Positions 25,286-37,588 of a stretch of DNA of 64,000 nucleotides are shown one piece after another. The stretch lies in contig NC_045697.1 of the NCBI RefSeq assembly GCF_009834535.1, forward strand, positions 89,096,001-89,160,000. Direction: 5' to 3'. A program made the translations under genes and the position numbers. The first letter of the stretch is position 1. Each line of letters begins with the position of its first letter. Source of the stretch: Camelus ferus (taxonomy: Eukaryota). The notes below the pieces were generated by a model. It saw only the letters and a list, made by a program, of their open reading frames with translations, made no database searches and was not told the origin of the DNA.

Positions 25286-25332
<47 letters not shown>
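25286..25332. repeat. (CTAT)11 tetranucleotide microsatellite
   Basis: Perfect CTAT run, read directly. Confidence 0.97.
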
Positions 25333-25547
25333 CTTATTTATTCTGGTCTTTTAAGTTAAATAGTAACAAAATAGCAGTGAATTCCAATACAAACAGTTGG
25401 CTAATCCTCCTGTCCAAAAATGGCAACACTACTAAGGCTAAGTTAGCATTTGGCATAATCATTTTGCTGACGTATCAAAGTCCAAATACAAAGTATTTGT
25501 GGTGCTTGAATGTAGTGGAAAGCATGGTGCAATGAATCACTACTAGG

Positions 25548-25653
25548 AAGGCATAATGTTGGACTGGAAGTGAATTAGCTTTTGGACTGGCATCAGAACA
25601 CTACTTTCTAGTCTGAACTCTGACATCAATTGTGTGATCTAAAATGAGTTACT
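25548..25653 (+). mobile_element. MIR 5' half, truncated where the L1 begins
   Basis: TTGGACTGGCATCAGAAC...TCTAGTCTGAACTCTGACATC...TGTGTGATCT...GAGTTACT resembles the MIR 5' portion up to the AAGTTACTT core. Confidence 0.55.
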
Positions 25654-25654
25654 C

Positions 25655-27020
25655 CAGGAGATCAAGATCAGATCTTGATCAGCAGAGTAGAAAGACACAG
25701 AGCTCACCTCACCCCATGAGCACAACAAAAATACATCTACTTACGGAGCAATTCTCACTAAAAACAAACTGGAGATGGCCAGAAAGGTGCTTATACAATT
25801 ATGGCTGTAAAGAAAGATCTACATGGAGGCAAGTGGGAGGGGAAGAGAGGTGATCAGGTTGGGATTCACACCCCTAGGAAGGGACACACAAGAGGGGGAT
25901 TGGATTGCACAAGCTCAGCGATTCTCTCAGGGGAGTGAGCAGTTGACACCACACACTGGGCACCGAAGCCCTGGGGTCTGACACTGGGAAGAACACTCCC
26001 CTTAGCTGGTTTGAAAACCACTGGGACCAACAGGAGGGCTCTAAGATACATAGACTGCTCGTGAAGAGTGTGCACGCACTTGCTTACTCCCAAGAACAAG
26101 GCAGAAGAAGTGGACTGAAACTGCCCAGGCCCCGGGCTGGTTTCCTGTGATTGCCCCAGCACACACCCTGACTCACACTAAGTGCTTGCTTGAGGCCCTC
26201 TTGTTTCAGTGCACCTCCCCACAGAGTAAAGGCTGCCATTGCCATGGAGGGTGTGCAGTTATAGGGGACAGAGCAAGCTTTGCATCTGAATGGGATGAGG
26301 GCAGCCACTGCTGGTGCTCATGGAGGCAGCAAATTTCGAGGGGTCTGGAGCTTTGACCAGTGTACCAGGACCACCCCTGCATGCACCACTGCCTGCACTG
26401 GGTGCCCTCAGGCCAAATGCTCCAGGGCTGATCCCCTCTGGGATAAAGGTGCAGAGAGTGGAAGGGGGAAGAATAAACACTCAGAGAGAATGGAATAAGC
26501 TCAGACCTGAACTTCAGGGCTCCTGCTCCAGCACCTTGGGACCCAATCCCACTCCAGCACCTTGGGACCCAGTGCCACTCCCAATAGGGCAGCGTCTGTC
26601 ACTTAGAATAGGAGAAGACTTGGTCACATCTGGCTGTGGTTCTAGCCCTTCTGTTTCCAGCACCACCTCCCACCAAGGTGACTGCTGCCAGCACACCCTG
26701 GGGGAAGGCATGATCCATGCTCACTTCATATCCAGCTCTCCCAACAAAGTCCCTGGTCACATAGACTGTATAGGGATGTTCCCACACAAGGATAGGGATA
26801 GGTAATTGTTCAGAATGGGGTAGGTAGTTACTTCAACTAATTTCATAGACAGAGAAAGTTAAGGAAATGAGAAGACTGAGGAATTTGTTTCAAAGAAAAG
26901 AACAAGGAAAAAACCCTGAAAAAACTGCTAATGAAACAAAGATAAATAATTTCCCAGATAAGGAGTTCAAAGCATTAATAATGAGAATGCTAACTGAACT
27001 AGGGAAAAGAGTAGGTGAGG
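25655..27020 (+). mobile_element. L1 5'UTR plus ORF1 N-terminus, 3'-truncated
   Basis: Starts GATCAAGAT...GCAGAGTAGAAAGAC...AGCTCACCTC, followed by a GC-richer UTR. From ATG at about 26868 it reads MRRLRNLFQRKEQGK, then after an apparent frameshift NPEKTANETKINNFPDKEFKALIMRMLTELGKR, a typical mammalian L1 ORF1 start. Confidence 0.85.
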
Positions 27021-27029
27021 AGAATTATA

Positions 27030-28027
27030 AATAGCCATTTCTGATAATTATGGATGTTTTTCCCAGATATTACACAAAACTCAGAAAGTAACTTCTTAAA
27101 GATCATTTGTGATGTGGACATATCATGAAAACAGTAATATTTATCTTTTAGTACAGTTACATTTAAATTCCATTAGTTGATCTTGCACTTTGGGTGGGTC
27201 TTTTATCCACACATAACAAACAACATGCATGTGTTATTTAGAAAATATTGGTTCACCAAGCTGAGATCTCTTAGCTCTTGACCCATTTTACTGTCTCGTA
27301 CCTGAAAATCATATTCATTAATACCATGACCAAAGTAATTACATAAGTCTTGAAATACTGGGAAGCTGTCAAACTTATGACAACAGATGGCAGTCTTCCA
27401 AAATCTTGATTTTTCTCTTAAAAGTTTGATTTTTGTCATTGAAAACAAGTGTTATTAGTTGTTTTCTTTAACATTACAGGCCCACGCCATTAATTTTTGA
27501 GGAAATGCCTACCAAATATGCAAATCTCAAAAATCACTGCTTTTCTGTCATTCTTCCAAGTAAAAATGGTTTTCCATTAAAAAAAAAATAGCTACTTCAG
27601 ATCACGACTCAACTGTGCAATTGCTTTTTCTCAAGAAAGCCATCACACTTCGATAGACAGAGGTGCTTATGTGAACTTCCCATTATTAAACAGATGTGTG
27701 CTCAAGTTCAGATTAAGAAAATTACTAATATTTACTGCTTCTTTACAGATATATTAAAACTGGACTACAAAAGAATTTGAGTAGCAAAGAGGAACAAAAG
27801 AACCAAGAATATAGCATGTTTTGGTTGGTAATAAAGTGTCTTGATTGGTAATAAATTGCCCACCATAAAACCAGTTTTACCCCCCCCCCCCCTTTACACC
27901 ATTAATACACATTTACCCCAGTCACAGAAGTAACTTGTGTCTTGGAATTATTATGAAAATAGTGTTGATCCTATAAAGGGGTTTGAGGACCCCCAGACAT
28001 CTATGTTCCATACTTTCAGAGCCACTG
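27030..28027 (-). mobile_element. hAT DNA transposon, Charlie1/Charlie1a-like, one end missing
   Basis: The right end TATTATGAAAATAGTGTTGA...GGACCCCCAG...CATACTTTCAGAGCCACTG resembles the Charlie1 terminus. Internal AAAATAGCTACTTCAG...TGCTTTTTCTCAAGA. Minus ORF 27203-27448 (KSRFWKTAIC..FDSFPVFQD) looks like a hAT transposase C-terminal remnant. Confidence 0.8.
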
Positions 28028-28287
28028 ACTGATGAAGAAGAAGGGTATACCCTGAACTGGATCAATCATAGGACCCCATGTTAAATCAATCAATCAATCA
28101 ATAATTAAGGTTACACATTGACATTTCTGATAGTACTTATCAACCATAGAGGCATGAAATGAACTGAATCACAGTAAAAGAGGTGTTGTGAGTAGCATTT
28201 AGATTGAAAAATACCTCTAAATGATTCTCATGTGTTGAGAGTTTTTGCCCCCAAAAAAGAGAAAGGAAGAAAAAAAGCTTGCTTGCT

Positions 28288-28624
28288 GTGGTAGATTTCA
28301 TTATTTACTCTTGTCAAAGTATTCACTGTCTTCCCTACAGAGGTTTACAGATTTCTTCTCTATTAACAGCTTTAACTGTACAATTCATTTTAGCCAATGA
28401 AATGTATGCAAAAGTAATGGGTGCCAGCCACTTCTGAAACGAAACTTGAAAAGATATTTCAGTTTCACCTTTCTTCTGCTTCAAGCTCAGCAGTTTCCCA
28501 GCATGAAGACCATGTGGATCCAAATACAGACAAGTGATTATATAGCATAAGGATTAAAAAATTATTGTTGAAAGCCATCAATATTTTGAGATAGCTTTTA
28601 ACTGTCAATAACTGAGCCTAAACA
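28288..28624 (+). mobile_element. Old MaLR LTR (MLT1H/I/J-like)
   Basis: TGTGGTAGATT start, TTTAGCCAATGAAATGT, TTATTGTTGAAAGCCA...TTTTGAGAT, end AACTGAGCCTAAACA. Confidence 0.6.
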
Positions 28625-28864
28625 GATCCAGCCTCTATGAAATATGACACAACATTCATAATGAAAGCAGGCTAAGGTTGAGATGCAAGGATGATATAAA
28701 GAGATCTCAAAATAAGGTGACAGTAGGGGCTTCAGAGTTAAGGAAATATAGTAAGGGAATTAAAATTCAACAGCTGAACTTAAGTTGTCATTGAAGGCAA
28801 TAAGAGCAGAGTTCATGTTGCAGAAAAGAAAGAAGCTAGAAAACGAAGTCAGTAATTACAGTTT

Positions 28865-29085
28865 ACATTTATGAACTAACTGCCTACTAAATACTATGCC
28901 TGTGCTAACTCTTAGCAGATTGTCACCAAATCCTCTAATGATTTTATTGATCCTCTATTGATATTAGTATTATCATCATTCAACTCATATGAAGAGAAGG
29001 CTTACAGAGATGAAAACATTTCTTAATTTGAACCAGGATTTAATCCCAGTCTCATTTAGAGCTTTATCTCTTAATCACTCTGCCC
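28865..29085 (-). mobile_element. MIR SINE
   Basis: TGCCTACTA...CCTGTGCTAA, TATTATCATC...ATGAAGAGAAGGCTTACAGAG, GAACCAGGATTTAATCCCAGTCT, CTCTTAATCACT. Confidence 0.7.
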
Positions 29086-29109
29086 CTTAAATGGGACGTT
29101 TGCCTTTTT

Positions 29110-29545
29110 TTTTTCTTGGCCACTCAACATCAATTTTCTCTGTATAACAATTCCAGAAGTTTCCTTTGGAATAATACCACCCTCCCCCCCCCCCCTTATT
29201 CTCAGTCATTTGTTTGGAATTGAATTCACAAGATCCACAGTGGTTGATTCAAGTAGGCACATTTAAACCTGGGCAGCTGAGAGCTAATCAAGGACATTTA
29301 TTTAATGGTGAAGGGGAAGAAACTCTTACCCATTGGGATTTATTGGCAATTATCTTGTAGTAATGAAGGAAGAAGCCAGAACCAACATCTGAGAAACTAG
29401 AGCTAAGAAACAGAAAGAGAAAAGTCAACTCCAGGTCACACTGCTTGAGCCTTGAACCAAATCACGTGTGAAGTCATTGAATTTATGAAACTAAATTCCT
29501 TTCAGCATTTACATGAATTTGGTTCAAGTTTTCTTTCATTTACAT
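29110..29545 (+). mobile_element. Old ERVL-type LTR (LTR16/LTR33-like)
   Basis: Ends with TTGAGCCTTGAACCAAATCACGTGTGAAG...AAATTCCTTT...TTTGGTTCAAGTTTTCTTTCATTTACA, resembling old ERVL LTR 3' ends; highly diverged. Confidence 0.45.
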
Positions 29546-30349
29546 CTTATTCACTCTTCTGATTTGCCATTTTTTGTTAATATGTGTGTCTCTCTCATTA
29601 GTGTACTGTTTGATAGCAGCGGGCATGGCTACCTTGCTCTTCCCACGACCTAGGACAGACTGAAGTAAATTCTCATTAAATGACTGAAGAATCTCTCAAA
29701 GAACCAAACTACTATGTCTTGATTGATGTAATAATAATGATATGAACATGAATGTCTTTCATTCTGGAATCCTTTGTTCATGTGTTGGAATGACATTTAT
29801 TTATGAGGATGGTAAATGGAATGATTTGTAATCTTTAAACAGTATGGCTCTGTTATTTCAGCAGAATTCAAAATCTGGAAGACACAGTTGTGTATATGTG
29901 TATGTATGTGTGTGAGAGAGAAAAAAATAGTTTTATGTTTTTTTTTTCATTTAAATATTAAATTTGAGCATGACTGCAGCAGAGAGTAAGACTCAACATA
30001 CACATAGTGTGCTAGGCTGTTCCTTGAAGGATTAGACCACAGGACCCGAGCCATTCTCATCACCAGCTGCACTCTACACAGCCATGGAGTTGTGCTGTAG
30101 TGGAGTGCATCTGGATGGCATTCCAATAAATAAAATGGAAAAATTATTTGGTACTTTGTTTCCCATATTTGTCTGAGAAGATTAAGTTAAAATTTACTGA
30201 TTCACTGTTAACCCACACCCCCTGCCATAAGCAAACTATAAAAGGTTTAGAGGTTGTCTTTAGTAAAATCCTTTATCTTACACACTTGCTTCCACTGTTA
30301 AGTAATTTGGCTGCAATTTTCTATTCTTCCAGACTTTGGAAGCCCCAGA

Positions 30350-30515
30350 GTCATAGAAGTTTAATGTCGGGAGAAACTTGGGTGATAATCTAACTAAACA
30401 CCTTGCTTTTGCTGATTTTGGAGTAAGAAGGGTAAGGTATTTATTCAAGGCCACACAGTGAGGATACCAGAACCTGAATTCAGTTTCCAAAGTCTCAATC
30501 CAAAAATTTTTACAC
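30350..30515 (-). mobile_element. MIR (MIR3/MIRc-like)
   Basis: TCATAGAA...ATAATCTAACTAAAC...TTATTCAAGGCCACACAG...AGAACCTGAATTCAG. Confidence 0.6.
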
Positions 30516-33500
30516 TGGACTTTTTACTTACCTTAGAGTTCAAATTAGAGTAGAAACAATATTTTCTTACATACTCTCTTTCATTTAGAATCAGGTTTTC
30601 ACTTTTACAAAAGAATTAAGAAATAAATATACCCGACAATGGAAAATAATTTTTTTGATCTAACTACAAGTTATTTTTCTAGTGGAGTTAATAGATTTTT
30701 TCTAATATTATTTTGTTTATTTCAGTTATTTTTCTAAACATTTTTGCTCTTCTTAAAAAAATCATAGTTTTCATAGTATATTTCCAATTTGTTTTCAGAT
30801 GACTTAATTTCCAAAAGCTCTAACTCTGAGATATGTCAATATTGTCTTACATTAATGCTTTGTAAGACAAATTTTTCATGTTTCACAATAATTCAGTTTG
30901 TACCTTACCTTTTTAGATTTAAGAGAAATCAGTAACAGTAGCCTAATATACACACTGAATACATTTAATACTAGTAGAAAATTTACAGGAGACGCTCCTT
31001 TAATGGAAATTATTCACTTCTCCCAGAGAAACACTGACTTATGCCCTGATCACTCTGAATACCGTAGTCAGTTCAAAATTTGCCTGGATACTTCTGCTTC
31101 CATAAATTTAGTAAAATACTTAAGAGTAATTTGTATTTGCCCTTAAACTTATGTTTGGCAGCTATATGATTATTATTATTATTGAGAGTCTAATATTTTG
31201 AAGGTATGTGTGTGCATACACACAGACACATTTTAAATTATGAAGTAATTGATACTATAGCAAATAAATTATACTGCAAAATAAGAGCCTTCCACAACAA
31301 TAGAGACTTTGGGAAGTACTGGCATGGTCCCTTAAGAACTCGTTTAGTGGTGAGATAAGGTTCAATAAATGAATAATATTTGAAGAGTTATTTTGTGAGG
31401 TCTTAAATATTCTGTTAGTATAGATAAAAGTCAATAGGTGTTATTTTCATTTCCACCATGCTGTCTGGGCATTAAATTTATACTACTACAAATTTTGATT
31501 TGCTTATGGGTTGTCTAACTAATGTTGTAGGGAATTGAAAATCTTCCAGATAAATTTGGTTCATCCCTCTTCCCATATAGTTGTGTTCCAATTTTGGGGG
31601 AGAGGTAAGTATATTTTTTGTTTTTACATAATTTTATAAAAAGTTAGTTTTATAGTCCTTTTGGCTTAAAATAATTACAGCCTTCTTTTCCTAACGATTA
31701 CGATCTTAGTTTCTCATGTTTGTATTCATCTACTTATTCTGAATCAAGTAATAGGCAGAGGTACTCGATTCCAACCATGAATTTTATTACAGAAAAATAT
31801 TCCACACATAACTAAGCCTGCATCTTGAATTATCCAAGTCTATCCACCTTAATAACAATATGATATAAGAATTAAATATGAATATAAATAAAGTTATTGA
31901 TTGGTACCACATAATCTCTTCGCAGAACAGTTTATAAGAATATCAAGATCAATATTTTAAAGTTTGAGACCAAGTATATCACTTAAACTTTCTTAGCCTC
32001 AGGTGTAAAATGATAAATGGGTTATTGAAAAATGAATGTATGTAAAATGCTTAAAAGGGTTCAATATGACCAAGGAAATTGATAACTGTCACCCTCTAGT
32101 TCCCCTTTCTAGTTTAGAGCACTGCACTAATCTGTAACCTCTGCAATAGCAATGCTTTTATATGCTCACTTGGATTGGTGTCACAGAGATGCCACTGCTG
32201 CTCACATGTGATCAGAGTAACAAGAAAAAAGTTTCTTTGTTTTATTTTATCTACAACAGTTCCGGCTTCCTTTATGATTAGTTGGAAATAAAAAGCTACA
32301 TTTAGTCCAATTTGGTTTCAAACTTAACCCAATTCAATAATTGTAACTGTCTTTTAAGAAAATACTCAGTCTTTGGAAAATGACTGCTTGACTCTTATTT
32401 CCACTCTTCCCATGCACTTAATATTCTCAAAGATGGTGTTAAATTCGGGGATAGAGCCAATTGGGAGCTTTTATGAACATACAAGGGAAGAGGGGAGAGT
32501 ATTTGGATCCGTCAGATACTTATCGGTTTTCAGACCACTGCAGAGTGGGTGTTCCATGCCTGGTACAGTATTTGGTTGCCTGGTCCTTTCTCAGGGTTTT
32601 CTGCTGGCAGATGCTGCTGACATCTGGGGCTGATGAACACAAAATGCAATTTTTCTTCACTCCATCAACAGCTCTCTGCTTACTCAGCCCTTGCTGCTTT
32701 GCAGACTCTACCACCTCTTGCGTCTGGATCCTTGGTTGAGTCACTCCACCCCATCATAGCAGATTCTTACTACGTGGGAACCAAGAGAAGCTTGGGAGAT
32801 CATTCCAGAGTCTATTTATCTATATGGCCCCTTTTACTTCATTCCATAACTGTAATGCTCCCCCTCGTGGAGGCTTAGGACCCTCTGTGCAAGACCCTTT
32901 CAAGTGTCCCAAATGGAGAACTGGATAAGAGCTCCTCATCGTCAGCTTCCTTATCACATCTACGGCTGAAGGCCAAACTCAGAGAAGAAATCAGGACATA
33001 TATCTGACAGCTTCCTTTCCCAACATTCTCCCTAGAATGCCAGGATTCAGTGTCTGTTTATTTCTTCCTATCAACCCAGGGCTTCCTGCTACTGTCTGGT
33101 TCACAGTTTGAGTCTTGAATGGTTAAAATGAGAGATAAATAAATTTTAAAACAAATTTCTTCCTCAGCCATGCTTGACTTTCAAGTCTAGTATCTTCTTG
33201 AAAATTCTTATTTGTAATAGCATAATCTGATTTTGGGGTTTTCTTTACCTTTGCACTTTTACTCTAATAGTTTGAATTGTTTTGAAGCAGATACGTGCCT
33301 GGAGCTAACTAGGGAGAAGGTCATATCATGAAAACGCAAATGACAACAGCCCTTTAAATTTTTTTTCAAATGTGATTTCTATTACTTACACTAAACTATT
33401 GATATCTTTTTATTTAAGTTATTTATACTTATGATAATCAAATCAAAACATCGAATAACTCAATGCTCAAACCAGGTTACATGACGAGATATTTTCTGTC

Positions 33501-33765
33501 TCTATTTGTTTTTATAGTTAATGTACTACTATCCTTCATCAAACAAGGGACAACACATATTCAGATACTCTATGAAAATAATCTTTTCTTAAGGCTTTTA
33601 TAACAGTAAAGAGCAAAATGACTACACTTAAATTACTTGTGAAAATAAACACAATTTTAAATAAAATTTTCTATTTTAAACTAAATTTGGAATAAAAATG
33701 TAATATACTTGAATGTTGATCAAATTCACCACCAACCTACATTTATTAATGTAAATAATGTGTAC

Positions 33766-33893
33766 ACTTTTTTCTTTCTTTTTTCCTTCCTTCCTTCCTT
33801 ATTTTCTTTTTTCCTTTCTTATCTTTCTTTTTCTTTCTCTTCTTCCCTTCCTTCCTTTTTTCCTTCTTTCTTTCTCCTTTTTTTTCCCTTTCT
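33766..33893. repeat. CT-rich low-complexity polypyrimidine tract
   Basis: TTTTTTCTTTCTTTTTCCTTCCTTCCTTCC... about 125 bp, almost purine-free. Confidence 0.9.
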
Positions 33894-36029
33894 TAATCCA
33901 CTTTAGTCTATCTCCATGGATTCCAGCATGAGTCCTGGCAGGATCTTACGCAGAAAGAAGTGGTCAAGGAAAGTGTTCAGAACATGGGAAGCAGAATGCA
34001 GACTGAGCATAGAATCTTGCTGAAAGAACTGTACACTCTATTATATATGACTGAGTATCATATTTATTCCAAAATTACTTTCTGCCAGCATTACTTGCTA
34101 TTAACTTTTTCACAAAGTGTATATAATATTTAAAGTTTATTTACGTGTTTCCCTTAAACACTTAAACCTTCTTTGCATTTAATGTACTGAAGTAATGCAC
34201 TGCCTTAGTACACAGAAATACTCATTTATTACAGATAAATATGTATTATTATGCCTTAATAAGTAGAAGTACTCGTTTGTTATAATAAAATATGTATGAG
34301 AACCTAAATTTTTTTTATTGAATTCCATTCAAATAAAGGAGGTAGCTTTCTTAAATACATAGAAATCGCTTATTCAGAGGACACTGGAGAGGTTATAACT
34401 ATTTCACTATTTTCTTATGCATATTATATACTTCTTTGAAGATGTTCCTATTACTTAAAATTTCATTTCCATATGTTTAAAATTTTGTTCTCACTAACAC
34501 ATTTAATATAATTACTCTGATTAAATTAATGTATTTAACCTTTTTAGGTCTTGTCTTTCTGAGTAGAATTATCTTCCTTTCCACTGTTATCTATGAAATT
34601 CAATAAAGTGAAACTGGGATAAAAATTATCATACTAATCATAAATTTCTCCCAGTGCTACACATCTGGAGATAAAAAATACCATGTTTGAAAATGAAAAG
34701 TTAAACAAAAGAATGGCAAAAATTGTTGCAGAAAACCTATGATTCCAATTTGTATTTTATCAAAGTTTAATTTTGAAAACTTGAAATACTAGTTTTTATA
34801 ATAATATATGTACTATCTGCAACCTAACTATTCATTATGAGTGAGTAAATTTTATATATTTAATAATTTGTTTTAAAACAGTCGTGGTTAATACAGCTTA
34901 TCTTTGTAACTTAAAATAACATTATCATTACTTTTTCTGAATGAAGAAATGAGGTAAGGAAAGAAAAACAACAGAGAAAATTAATGAATAAGAAATGGTA
35001 AAACAAATAATGCCAAAATTAAATGAAATATGGAATTTTAAAACTGCTGAATAAAATTTAAGAAAACAAAACTATTTGGGTTTTTTTTTCTGCCTGAGCA
35101 CTTGGAAATGCATGAATGATAGATTACTTTTGCTGTTATTATTTTCATATTTCTAAAAACACATATTAAGTATTTTCCACAGAAAAGAACCATATGTGCT
35201 CTTTAAATATTGGCTAAGAAAAACTCCCTTGGATAAAATAAATATTAACATTTGGCCCAAAATTTAAATTGTGAGTAATTTTGCTGAAACTACTTCAGTA
35301 TTGTAAAGTTAGAGGAGGAAATTTATAACTCTTAGATTTAATTTTTTTGAAAGTTAAGAGCAAATTAACATACAAATAGCGAATGATTGCTTGTTCCCTG
35401 CCTCATGGGCTTAGTCCCCATTTACTATCAGCATGCTTTGAAGGAGTGGCGATGAGATTCTTACTAGAATACAATGAAGACCACCTTGGTCTTGATTCCC
35501 ACTAGGAAAATACTGTGCCCCACTTCCACTTCAGAGGTTAGCATACTTCCAGTCTAAATAGGAATTCACTAAGTTCTAGAATGATTCTGCATTGTAAAAT
35601 TATATAGATACATAGACTATAATTTTGTACCAGTGAAAACATGCAATTACATATGAATGTCATATACTTATGACATATCCTGTCCCACACACACATAGAA
35701 ACGTTGAATTAAGGAGCCAATTAGGAGATAGGTATTTGGCGAGTGTGGCATTCCCTTTCTGGATATTTTCTAGCCAACTCCCCAAACTCTACCTTTCTTT
35801 GCAAAATCTGAAGGAACAAAATGCTATTCTGATTGTTAACCTCAAAACAAGGTATAATTGAGCTAAAACATTACAATATTGGCTCAAAGACTCAAGTGAA
35901 TGAGAGAGTAGATGACGGAGATACATTTTAAAACTTCATTTTGAAAAAAAATACTCTGAAAAGAAACATGGCTTAACATTAATTTGTGAAATTATAAATA
36001 ATATGGGTGGCAGCAAATTGCTGGAAAAA

Positions 36030-37335
36030 ATCTCTTAACCAAGTGGACTGTACTCACTTCAGGTTGTGGCCACCAATCTCAAACCCAAAACAACTCTTTT
36101 CCTATCCTCACTTTCAGCGGATGATCTTTCAGGAATATTTTAGTGGGAAAATTAAAGCAACCAGAAATGAACTTCCACAAGCTCAGATAACATGTCTACC
36201 CTCCTACCAGCATATGCTCTGGCTTCTTTGCCCATAAATAGAGGTGACTTCTCCATGCTCCTACCTAAAGTCATTTCCTCCACTGTGGATTTCATCTACT
36301 TCTTCTGTATTGCACCATCACTTCTTCACTTTCTATCCAAAATCATGGATTTCTTCTCAGAATTCTCATGTGCATACAGACATGCTATTGGTTTCACAAG
36401 CTTAAACGAAATGAATTGAAAACTACTCCTCTCAACAATTTGCCCACAAACTTCAGCATCATTTCTCCATTCCCCCTGCAGTAATATCTCCATAAAGAGT
36501 TGTCTATGTCCATTTTCTCTTGTAAGTAAGAGTAACAGTAGTTTCTTTTGGTGGTCCTGCCTCTACCTAGTCTTCTTTTTCCTACCCAATGGCTTCACGC
36601 TGGAGTGCACCCAGAGCACAGTCTTTAGAACTCTTCTTGTACTCACTTCTTTGATGCACTCCGAGTTTTAAAAGCTATTTGTATTCCAATGACCCTCACA
36701 TTTACATTTCCAGTCCACATGTTTCCTAAATTTCAGATTCATATATCCAAATGCTTACTTTAAATCTTCTCTTGGATGCCTAATTGATAGCTTATTTTTA
36801 TTTTTTGGTTTTTTTCATTTTTTAATTGAGTTATAGTCATTTTACAATGTTGTATAGTAGCTTACTTTTGAACTGAACTCCTGATCTTGCCACACCACCC
36901 CTACTCCAGCCTACCTCTCCCTGGAAAGTTCTGCTATTCATGTAATCTGCATTTTAGTGAATGGCATCTCCCTTTTTTCCATTTGCTCAAACTTTGGAGT
37001 TATTCTTGACTTCTCTCTTTCTCTCACACTCTATGTCCAATTCATCAACAGAGTGACTGGCTCTGCCATCAATATCTATCCCATAAATGGCCATTACTCA
37101 ACTCTTTACTACTGTGAACCTAGTCCAACTCACCATGATTTCTCATCTGGATTACTGCAATTAACAACACAACAGGTTTGTCTACTTCCGTTTTTACTGT
37201 TTCTCCTCAAAATAGTATCTCGAGCAATCCTTATAATACATATAAGCTAGAATGTGTCAATTAGCTGTTCAAAACCTTACAGAAGCTTCCCATATCCTGT
37301 AAAATGTCTGTAAAACCCTACATGATCTAAATCCC
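36030..37335 (+). mobile_element. L2 LINE fragment
   Basis: CCAATGACCCTCACATTTACATTTCCAG, TTCAGATTCATATATCCAAATGCTTACT, TCTTGGATGCCTAA, AACTGAACTCCTGATCTT, TTCTTGACTTCTCTCTTTCTCTCAC, TCTCATCTGGATTACTGCAA. Confidence 0.85.
36795..36857 (-). mobile_element. Ultra-short 5'-truncated young L1 3' tail inserted in L2
   Basis: T-rich tail plus CATTTTTTAATTGAGTTATAGTCATTTTACAATGTTGT, nearly identical to the L1 end at about 45705-45742. Flanked by TAGCTTA at 36788-36794 and 36858-36864. Confidence 0.8.
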
Positions 37336-37588
37336 CTCCTCTTTACCAGAATTCAGAGACAATGAAATCAGATATTGACAATGATGCCATTTGTGCTATA
37401 AAGTATTTTCTTAACTTGAGAATATTATTTTTTATTTATTTAATATAAATGTATTTTATTCATTTATCTACTATCTACTGACCACTATGCTAATGGATAT
37501 ATATACATACCGCATAAAAAGTTTTTTGTTTATATGGTACCATTATGTCTAATGTGTCCTTATACTATGTATCTATCACACAGTCATA

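Noticed and set aside
26314..26805. 163-aa ORF
   Set aside because: Lies within the GC-rich L1 5'UTR; no domain resemblance.
32373..32878. Cluster of overlapping 74-92-aa ORFs, considered as an exon or endogenous viral fragment
   Set aside because: No recognisable motifs or paired splice signals; explained by locally higher GC.
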